Positions 9,749 through 16,007 of a stretch of DNA of 16,007 bases are shown piece after piece. A program made the position numbers and the translations under genes. The notes below the pieces were generated by a model. The model made no database searches. It had not been told where the DNA came from and was given only the letters and a program-made list of their open reading frames with translations. Each line of letters begins with the position of its first letter. The stretch's first letter is position 1. The stretch comes from an uncultured Candidatus Rokubacteria bacterium (GTDB taxonomy: Bacteria; Methylomirabilota; Methylomirabilia; Rokubacteriales; CSP1-6), in the NCBI GenBank assembly GCA_963747235.1, contig CAVVEU010000023.1, positions 1 through 16,007 on the forward strand, in the 5' to 3' direction.

Positions 9749-10666
9749 TCATGTTGACGATGTTGACGTGCGACGCTTGACCAGATCGGCGAGCTTGCAG
9801 AAGGCGCAGATCGCGCCGGTGGTCACCTGCCCGCAGGAGGTGCACTCGAGGAGCTCGACGGTCTCGATCTTCTCGAAGGCCGGGCGGGCCTTCTCGAGGA
9901 ACCCGAACAGGAAGTTGTGCTTGGAGCCGGGCGAGGCTTCCTCGAGCCGATCCAGCACCTGCTTGTGCGCGATCGAGGTCGCGCCCTTGGCGAACGGGCA
10001 CTCCTCCACGATGTAATCGATGCCGCGCAGGAAGGCGAAGGCGGCGGTCTCCAGCTCGGACAGGCGGTAGAGCGGCTTCACGCGGCGGACCAGCTTCGGA
10101 TGGGTCGAGGCCAGCGCGGGCGACTGCCGCGGCAGCGCGTCGGTCTGCCAGTGCATGACCGAGCCGAAGAGCGTGGCGGCCTCGTCGTCCAGGTTGTGGC
10201 CGGTGGCCACCACCGGGTAGCCGTGCTGGAGCGCGGCCCGGTTCATCAGGTACCGCTTGGAGAGGCCGCAGGCCGAGCAGGTCGGGCGCCGCGTGGCCTG
10301 CTGCACCACCGGGATCGGCGCGCCCACCGTATCCGCCACCCGCTCGATGTGCAGCGTCAGGCCGCGGGCGGCCGCGAAGGCTTCACACTTGGCCTTGGAC
10401 TCCTTCGAATAGTCGAAGATGCCCAGGTCGAGATAGAGGCCGGCGGTCTGGTAGCCGTCCTCGATCAGCACGTCCCAGAGGGCGAGCGAGTCCTTGCCGC
10501 CCGAGACGGCGACCATGATCTTCTCGTCGCGGGTGAACATGTGGTGCCGGTGCACCGCCTCCGCGACCTGCTTGCGGAAGAACTCGAGGAAGTGCGGCGA
10601 GCAGAAGGCCGCGTTGTGGCGCCGCAGCTCGAGCGCGGCCGCCCCCCCGCACTTGCGGCACTTCAT
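9749..10666 (-). CDS. ttuA: TtuA/Ncs6-family tRNA 2-thiolation enzyme (PP-loop ATP pyrophosphatase)
   Basis: N-terminal CRKC..CSPH zinc finger, SGGKDS PP-loop, CSAC, GHNLDD, EECP and C-terminal CTSC..CAFC; adjacent to a ubiquitin-like sulfur carrier. Confidence 0.88.
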   Translation of the reverse strand: MKCRKCGGAAALELRRHNAAFCSPHFLEFFRKQVAEAVHRHHMFTRDEKIMVAVSGGKDSLALWDVLIEDGYQTAGLYLDLGIFDYSKESKAKCEAFAAARGLTLHIERVADTVGAPIPVVQQATRRPTCSACGLSKRYLMNRAALQHGYPVVATGHNLDDEAATLFGSVMHWQTDALPRQSPALASTHPKLVRRVKPLYRLSELETAAFAFLRGIDYIVEECPFAKGATSIAHKQVLDRLEEASPGSKHNFLFGFLEKARPAFEKIETVELLECTSCGQVTTGAICAFCKLADLVKRRTSTSST

Positions 10667-10872
10667 GGCGTCCCCGCGCTGCCGCCCGACATGACCGGGC
10701 GCACCTCGACCACGTCGTCGCCGCCCACCACGGCGTCCCCGGTCAGGAGCTCGTTGCCGCGGATGACGAGCACGGTGCTGGGCAGGATGTCGAGCTCGAC
10801 GAGGAGCTCCTTGACCCGGCGCTTGCCGTCCACCTCGATCTCCTTGCGGGGATTGCGCAGGATGACCTTCAC
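10663..10872 (-). CDS. ttuB: TtuB-like MoaD/ThiS ubiquitin-fold sulfur carrier with a 5-aa extension after GG
   Basis: GTG start at 10872 overlaps the dinB stop (GTGA). Protein MKVILRNPRKEIEVDGKRRVKELLVELDI...VEVRPVMSGG-SAGTP (69 aa). Its stop overlaps the ttuA ATG (ATGA). Confidence 0.85.
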   Translation of the reverse strand: MKVILRNPRKEIEVDGKRRVKELLVELDILPSTVLVIRGNELLTGDAVVGGDDVVEVRPVMSGGSAGTP

Positions 10873-11408
10873 GAGCGGGGGAACCCCTGCGCGGCCTTCA
10901 CCGCGCGGAGCTGCTCGAGGTGATCGGCCTCGTGGCGAATGTGGAGCAGCCACCACTGCGCCAGGTCCATCTCGCCCAGCGTGAAGTGCCGCCACTTGAG
11001 CCCGCGCGGATCCACCGCGGCCAGCCGCTCGATGGACTGGCGGCTGCGCTCCCGGATCGCCTTCAGATCGGCGAGCAGCCGGTCCAGCGCGTGGCCCCGC
11101 TCCGGGTAGACCACCTCCGGCGCCTTCGCGGGGCCGGGAGGGGGCGCCGGAACCGGCGCGAAACTCTTCAGCTCGGAAGGAAACGACGGCAGGGGCTGCG
11201 GCGCGTCCTTGAAGAGCTTGGAGGTCAGCTTCCCGGTGCCCACCTCGGCCAGGGTCAGGTGATGGAGGATCTCGCCCACCGACCACTCCTGCTCATCCGG
11301 GCGCCAATCCGCCTGGGTCTGGCTGAGCCCTTCCGTCTCCTTCAGGAGCTCGGAGCGGACACTCTGCAGATCGTTCCACAACGCTTCGACGGGGACCGGC
11401 CAGGCCAT
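10869..11408 (-). CDS. DinB/YfiT family protein
   Basis: ATG at 11408 with GGAGGA RBS; WSVGEILHHL and HIRHEADHLEQL metal-binding His motifs; 179 aa. Confidence 0.88.
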   Translation of the reverse strand: MAWPVPVEALWNDLQSVRSELLKETEGLSQTQADWRPDEQEWSVGEILHHLTLAEVGTGKLTSKLFKDAPQPLPSFPSELKSFAPVPAPPPGPAKAPEVVYPERGHALDRLLADLKAIRERSRQSIERLAAVDPRGLKWRHFTLGEMDLAQWWLLHIRHEADHLEQLRAVKAAQGFPRS

Positions 11409-11442
11409 CACGTTCCTCCGGCCCACATGATACAACCGGATC

Positions 11443-12018
11443 ATGAGCGAGCCCACTGGTACTCCGGCGGCCGGTTCGGCCTGGTCCCGCACGCCCTGGC
11501 GCCGGACCTCGACCCGGCCGGTCTACACCAACCAGTGGATCTCCGTCCGGGAGGACGTGGTCACGCTGCCGGACGGCCGCAGCACGCTCTACGGGGTGGT
11601 GGAATGCAGCGAGTGCGTCGGGATTCTCCCCTTCCTCGACGTGAACACGGTCCTCCTGGTGGGGCAGTACCGCTACGTGGCGGGCGACTTCTTCTGGGAG
11701 ATCCCCACCGGCGGCCAGCACGCCGGCGAGACATCGGCCGAGGCCGCGCAACGCGAGCTGGCCGAGGAGGCGGGGTACGAGGCCGGGCGCCTGGTCGAGC
11801 TGGGCGACTTCCATACCTCGAAGAGCATCATGCGCGAGGTCGCTCACCTCTACGTGGCCCATGACCTGCGCCCAGCCTCACGCGCGGCGGACCCCACCGA
11901 GTTCATCGAGCGGCGCGCGTTCCCGTTCGCCGAGGTGCTCGCCATGGTGGAGCGCGGCGAGATCAAGGACGCGATGACGATCATCGCGGTGCTGCGCGTG
12001 GCGCGAAAGCGCGGGTAG
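11443..12018 (+). CDS. NUDIX hydrolase (ADP-ribose pyrophosphatase-like)
   Basis: Nudix box GGQHAGETSAEAAQRELAEEAGY, plus LLVGQYRY, WEIPTG and GEIKDAMT. Confidence 0.92.
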   Translation: MSEPTGTPAAGSAWSRTPWRRTSTRPVYTNQWISVREDVVTLPDGRSTLYGVVECSECVGILPFLDVNTVLLVGQYRYVAGDFFWEIPTGGQHAGETSAEAAQRELAEEAGYEAGRLVELGDFHTSKSIMREVAHLYVAHDLRPASRAADPTEFIERRAFPFAEVLAMVERGEIKDAMTIIAVLRVARKRG

Positions 12019-12022
12019 GCGC

Positions 12023-13114
12023 GTGGCCTCTGCGCTCGAGCACGTTGCCTGGGAGCGGTGCCTGGTCGAACCCCGCCCGGACCAGGCCCTGGAATCCTAC
12101 GCCCGGCGGAGGTGGGGGATACCCAGCCCGGCGATCCGCTACTTCGTGCCCGTCCCATGGATGGCCCGAGCGCTGATCGATCTACACCCCGAGTTAGGGC
12201 TCCTGATGCGCCTCGACCAGGCGGTGGCGGATCTCGTGACGCTGGTCGTCAGTCAGGAGAACTCGTGTCGGTTCTGCTACGCAGCTGTGCGGGCGATGCT
12301 GTGGGTTCAGGGAATGAGCACTGGGCGAATCCAGCGCGTGGAGCAGGACCTGTCGCGAGCGGATCTCTCGCCGCGGACCCGGGCCGCCATCACCTTCGGG
12401 CGGAGCCAGTCGCGCTCCGGTCCGCCGGCGGCGCGCGCCGCTCGGGAAGCGCTTCACGGCGCGGGCTTCGGCGCCGACGAGATGAAGGAGATCGCGTTCA
12501 CGGTGGCCATCACGGACTTCAGCAACCGCGCCCACACGATCCCCGCGATCCCCTCGCGCCCGGTTGAGCGGATCCCAGATCAGCTCCACATGCGGCTGCT
12601 CCGGCCCCTGGTCAACCGGATTCTCAAGAAGCATCGCTACCGTGGCCAGGCGGCGCTGCTGGATCGCGTGCCGGCGTATCCCTACGTCCGGCTCGTGCAG
12701 GCCTACGAGGGCTCTCCTATCGCGCCGACGCTGGCGCGCACGCTTGAGGAGATGTGGGCCTCCCCTCACCTCACGCGACGGTGCAAGCTCCTGATGCTCG
12801 CCGTCATCGCCCGGGGGCTGGCGTGCGAGGTGTGCGCGCTGGAGGTGGGCGAAGCCCTGCAGCGGGAAGGCCTGAAGGAGACGGCGCTCACGCAGGTCCT
12901 GACCCATCTCGACGCCCCCGAGCTGGACCCCGTCGAGCGTCTACTGGTGCCCTTCGCTCGAGAGACGATCTGGTTCGAGCCGGCGCCGATGCAGCGCCGC
13001 GCCCGTGCCCTGCGCGAGCGCCTCTCGAGCCCACAGATCCTCGAGGCGATCGGGGTCGCGGCCCTGGCCAACGGGCTCTGCCGGATGGGCGCCATGGTGC
13101 TGGATCACCCATGA
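12023..13114 (+). CDS. Tandem AhpD/carboxymuconolactone-decarboxylase-fold protein with two CxxC motifs
   Basis: 363 aa with two repeated helical modules, LVVSQENSCRFC...EMKEIAFTVAITDFSNR and LAVIARGLACEVC...QILEAIGVAALANGLCR, typical of AhpD-like domains. Confidence 0.75.
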   Translation: MASALEHVAWERCLVEPRPDQALESYARRRWGIPSPAIRYFVPVPWMARALIDLHPELGLLMRLDQAVADLVTLVVSQENSCRFCYAAVRAMLWVQGMSTGRIQRVEQDLSRADLSPRTRAAITFGRSQSRSGPPAARAAREALHGAGFGADEMKEIAFTVAITDFSNRAHTIPAIPSRPVERIPDQLHMRLLRPLVNRILKKHRYRGQAALLDRVPAYPYVRLVQAYEGSPIAPTLARTLEEMWASPHLTRRCKLLMLAVIARGLACEVCALEVGEALQREGLKETALTQVLTHLDAPELDPVERLLVPFARETIWFEPAPMQRRARALRERLSSPQILEAIGVAALANGLCRMGAMVLDHP

Positions 13115-13902
13115 CGCCGACCGTCGTCGTGGCCGCCCTGCTGGTGCTCCTGGCGGTTCTCGTCGGCACGCTCTATCGCCAGCGGCGACGGACCGAGAGC
13201 CTCCAGGCGCAGCTCGACGCGGCCGCCGCCGAGCTCCAGCATCTTCAGGACGCGTGCTCCCGGCTGGCGCCCGCCGGGGTCGTGCAGCGGCTCATCGCGG
13301 ATGGCGTGACCGCGGGCACCCAGGCCGCCGCCGAGCGGAAGGTGGTGACCGCCCTCTTCGCCGACCTCGTGGGCTATACCGCGATGAGCGAGCGGCTGGA
13401 ACCGGCCGTCCTCGCGCGCGTGCTGAACGGCTACTTCCAGCGCATGAGCGACGCCATCCACGAGCACCGCGGCCACGTCTCCACCTTCCTCGGTGACGGC
13501 ATCCTGGCCTACTTCGGCGCGCTCCAGCCGAACCCGTGGCAGTGCAACGACGCCGTACGGGCCGCGCTGGCCATGCGGGCGGCGATGCGCGAGTACAACG
13601 TCGAGCTCGCGCGCGAGGGGCTACCCCCGCTGGCCGTGGGGATCGGCATTCACCGCGGCCCGGGGCTGGCGGGCCTGGTGGGCTCCCGCGAGCGGATGGA
13701 GTACGCGTTTGTGGGTCGCACCGTGAACCTGGCCGCGCGCGTCCAGGCGCTCACGCGCACCCATCAGGTGGACATCCTCATCACGGAGGCGCTCCGCCCC
13801 GAGCTCGACACGCGCTTCGTGCTGGCGTCCATGCCCGCGGAGCCGGTGAAGGGTATTGCCGAGCCGGTGGTGACCTACGCGGTGCGGGAAGCACTCGGCT
13901 AG
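13111..13902 (+). CDS. Class III adenylate/guanylate cyclase-family protein with a single N-terminal TM and a coiled coil
   Basis: ATGA overlap with the upstream gene. N-terminal VVVAALLVLLAVLVGTLY anchor, then LFADLVGYT, FLGDG, GIGIHRG, TVNLAARVQ and VKG; 263 aa. Confidence 0.9.
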   Translation: MTPTVVVAALLVLLAVLVGTLYRQRRRTESLQAQLDAAAAELQHLQDACSRLAPAGVVQRLIADGVTAGTQAAAERKVVTALFADLVGYTAMSERLEPAVLARVLNGYFQRMSDAIHEHRGHVSTFLGDGILAYFGALQPNPWQCNDAVRAALAMRAAMREYNVELAREGLPPLAVGIGIHRGPGLAGLVGSRERMEYAFVGRTVNLAARVQALTRTHQVDILITEALRPELDTRFVLASMPAEPVKGIAEPVVTYAVREALG

Positions 13903-13956
13903 GCTGCCACCCCCTGGGCAACGGGTCCGCGCAGGAGCCCGGAGACCGGCTCGTGG

Positions 13957-14065
13957 CTCAGGACTTCCCGAGGAGGTACATCTCGCCGCTCGGGGCGGGC
14001 AGGCCGCCCCGTCCCCGAGGCGTCCACGCTGAACACCCCCGCCGAGACGGGCGCGTTGTTCCCCG
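13957..14065 (-). pseudogene. Degenerate second copy of the rskA 3' end with an internal deletion of about 71 nt
   Basis: 13957-14008 matches 15184-15235 (4 mismatches in 52 nt) and 14009-14065 matches 15307-15363 (4 in 57). It encodes GNNAPVSAGVFSVDASGT // GGLPAPSGEMYLLGKS*. Confidence 0.9.
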
Positions 14066-14088
14066 TTACTCTGGGCGATGGACTCGTC

Positions 14089-14209
14089 GTTCATCGAGCG
14101 GCGCGCGTTCCCCTTCGCCGAGGCGCTCGCCATGGTGGAGCGCGGCGAGATCAAGGACGCGATGACCATCCTCGCGGTGCTGCGCGCGGCGCGGCGCGGC
14201 GGAGGCTAG
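14089..14209 (+). pseudogene. Second, divergent copy of the NUDIX gene 3' end
   Basis: 14089-14193 matches 11901-12005 with 5 mismatches in 105 nt. It encodes FIERRAFPFAEALAMVERGEIKDAMTILAVLRAARRGGG*, against ...AEVLA...TIIAVLRVARKRG* in the intact gene. Confidence 0.92.
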
Positions 14210-14258
14210 CCAGCGGTCACGCCGACGCGGCCACCCGGAGCACCCCTGGTCTCGCTCT

Positions 14259-15155
14259 TCACATCCCGGCTACCCGGAAATCATCCAGAGTGGGCCGGAC
14301 GTGAATATCCGTAAGGTCGTACCTGGGCACGCGTCCGTAGAAGGATGCCCACTGCGAAAACGTACTTGGTGGGCCGACTATGTAGTCGCACGCCGCCAAG
14401 GCGTACAGGTCTTGAATCACCGAACCATTGCTCGCACATGTCGGTTGCCGAAAGTGATCCAAGGCCTGTTGCGAGTCGGAACAGACGAGAACCCCTGTAC
14501 GCTTGTTGCCAAACAGCGTGCGGACGTGCTCGACCGCTGCCGCGTATTGTTCAATCGCATAAAAGTATCTCCCATGGATGAATTGTCTGTAGTCGCCATG
14601 GCGAATGTGCAGGCCAATCAGCACGTCTACTCGGTCGCGTGTGCGCGCCGTCAACTGCGCAACGCGCTCGGCGTCGTCTGAGCGCGGTCGGAAATAGTGT
14701 CGCACCGTATCCGCATGTTTCCTGAAATTGGTGTTATCGCGCACAAGCGGTCCTTGAAAAACGATGAGCCCGGGAGCACGCACTCTTTCGCGGAACGCGT
14801 CCGAATCCAGACTGACTACGCCCGCGCGGGTGACGAGAGTTGACTCGTACCCCGACTCGATATGCTGAATGTATCTGCCCTGCAATGCTTTGGTCCGCCC
14901 GCGCGCGAGTGAATCGGCCAAACGCAGACTCCAGCGCGCCACCCGGGCGCGGCGCGCCGGCGTTGGTGCCAGCAAGGATCGACGAGCAGGAAAGCGACAG
15001 AAGAGATCCTGCGCGGTCGTCTCAAACGAGTCCGCATAGGCTCCAAAGAGCAAGTGTGCGACGGAGGTGTCATGCTCCGCCGCACACGCGATCAACGCAC
15101 CGAACATGAAGAGCTGGTTGCCCAGTTGATTTGCCTGCCCCGCAATGACAAACAC
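14259..15155 (-). CDS. Alpha-1,2-fucosyltransferase-like glycosyltransferase (GT11)
   Basis: Probable GTG start at 15155 (MFVIAGQANQLGNQLFMF). GT11 motifs LGNQLF, IGLHIRHGDY, VCSD and DLYALAACDYIVGPPSTFSQWASF. GC is visibly lower than in the flanks. The longer 519-aa ORF start overlaps rskA and is unlikely. Confidence 0.85.
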   Translation of the reverse strand: MFVIAGQANQLGNQLFMFGALIACAAEHDTSVAHLLFGAYADSFETTAQDLFCRFPARRSLLAPTPARRARVARWSLRLADSLARGRTKALQGRYIQHIESGYESTLVTRAGVVSLDSDAFRERVRAPGLIVFQGPLVRDNTNFRKHADTVRHYFRPRSDDAERVAQLTARTRDRVDVLIGLHIRHGDYRQFIHGRYFYAIEQYAAAVEHVRTLFGNKRTGVLVCSDSQQALDHFRQPTCASNGSVIQDLYALAACDYIVGPPSTFSQWASFYGRVPRYDLTDIHVRPTLDDFRVAGM

Positions 15156-15184
15156 GATACGGTTCCGTACGCAGGTGTTCCGTC

Positions 15185-15946
15185 TCAGGATTTGCCGAGG
15201 AGGTACATCGCGCCGCTCGGCGCGGGCAGGCCGCCGGCGGGCTCGAGCGTCACCGCGAACGCGTTGACGGTCGCCACGCCGGGCAGCGGCCGCACCGAAA
15301 GGCTCCCCGTCCCCGAGGCGTCCACGCTGAACACGCCGGCCGAGACGGGCGCGTTGGTGCCCGCGATGGCCCAGAGCTGATACGCCTTGCCCGCCGGCGC
15401 CTCGGGCAGCCCCGCGGCGACGAAGACGCCGCCGGCCCTTGCGTGCCACATCATGTGGCCGCGCGCGGTCGGCGCGGGCGCCTGGCCGGCGAGCGCGACC
15501 ATCTGGGTGGCCGGGTCGCGCAGGATCGTGATCACCGTCTGCTGGCTTCGCAGCTCCGCCTTGAGCTGCTCGGCGTCGCGCGCCAGGGCGTCGAGCCGCT
15601 TCTCGTAGGTGGACGAGATCGACCAGCCGACCACGATCGCGACGAGTCCGGTGGCCATGGCTCCGCTCAGCACCACCGGCCAGATGGCGCGGCGAGCACG
15701 CGGCAGCGGGCGCTCCGGCGGGCGGGCCGCCGCGATGCGCTCCATGAGCGCGGCCTTCACCGCGGGCGGAGGCGTCTCCGGCGCCGCGGCGGCCAGGTCC
15801 GCGAGAGTCCCCTCGCACTCGCGGAGCGCGGCCACCGCCTCGGGGTCGCCCGCGCGCAGGAGCGTCTCGAAGCGCGCGCGGTCCCCGACCTCGAGCCCTC
15901 CGAGCGCGTACGCCGCCGCCAGCTCGCCGATCTCTTCGCGGTTCAT
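15185..15946 (-). CDS. rskA: Anti-sigma factor, RskA (anti-sigma-K) family
   Basis: ELAAAYALGGL N-terminal anti-sigma domain, PPPAVKAALMERI, one TM, and the RskA C-terminal motifs GKAYQLWAI, PVSAGVF and FAVTLEPAGG..PSG. Confidence 0.88.
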   Translation of the reverse strand: MNREEIGELAAAYALGGLEVGDRARFETLLRAGDPEAVAALRECEGTLADLAAAAPETPPPAVKAALMERIAAARPPERPLPRARRAIWPVVLSGAMATGLVAIVVGWSISSTYEKRLDALARDAEQLKAELRSQQTVITILRDPATQMVALAGQAPAPTARGHMMWHARAGGVFVAAGLPEAPAGKAYQLWAIAGTNAPVSAGVFSVDASGTGSLSVRPLPGVATVNAFAVTLEPAGGLPAPSGAMYLLGKS

Positions 15947-16007
15947 GTGCGCGTGATGAGCGTCGAGGTCTCGGACCCGGCCCCCGCGGACGACATGACC
16001 ACTACTA

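Noticed and set aside
11409-11445. Operator-like inverted repeat CATGAT-N8-ATCATG in the 34-nt divergent dinB/NUDIX gap
   Set aside because: The arms are only 6 bp, one overlaps the NUDIX start codon, and the other may simply be a TATCAT -10 element for dinB.
12754-13110. Longer cyclase start given by the ORF track (382 aa)
   Set aside because: It overlaps the AhpD-like gene with low-complexity sequence. The ATGA-coupled start at 13111 gives a clean TM N-terminus.
11901-14209. NUDIX and rskA repeats as DGR template/variable repeats
   Set aside because: The mismatches are not adenine-specific, many are synonymous, and there is no reverse transcriptase in the window.
13957-14209. Duplicated segments as attL/attR of a prophage or ICE, or as a CRISPR array
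   Set aside because: There is no integrase or phage gene, and no regularly spaced short repeats. Two different genes are duplicated, which does not fit a single att core.
15156-15818. N-terminal extension of the 519-aa ORF (possible RskA-GT11 fusion or overlap)
   Set aside because: The extension is an off-frame reading of rskA. rskA ends normally at 15185, and its duplicate ends with the same LLGKS*.
15943-16007. 3' end of a cognate ECF sigma factor upstream of rskA
   Set aside because: A frame ending in an ATGA overlap exists (..VVVMSSAGAGSETSTLITRT*), but it shows no sigma region 4 similarity and is too short to call.

Overview
GC-rich (about 70% by eye) bacterial chromosomal window. Gene content and style resemble soil Candidatus Rokubacteria/Methylomirabilota, but that is only an inference. 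The minus strand carries, in transcription order from right to left: dinB-like, ttuB-like sulfur carrier, ttuA, thiolase; a DUF222/HNH endonuclease; an RND efflux pair (lipoprotein adaptor plus HAE1 permease), a VOC protein and an MFS transporter; and a small secreted protein with a 19-bp terminator hairpin. Three genes each carry one extra base, probably long-read errors. The most unusual region is 11443-15946, where a convergent NUDIX -> <- rskA junction occurs twice in tandem. The order is: intact NUDIX, cargo 1 (double AhpD/CMD-domain protein translationally coupled to a membrane-anchored class III cyclase with non-canonical substrate residues), a degenerate rskA 3' fragment fused to a divergent NUDIX 3' fragment, cargo 2 (lower-GC GT11 alpha-1,2-fucosyltransferase-like gene), intact rskA. 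This looks like a cargo-exchange hotspot holding two alleles stacked in tandem, with no integrase in the window.
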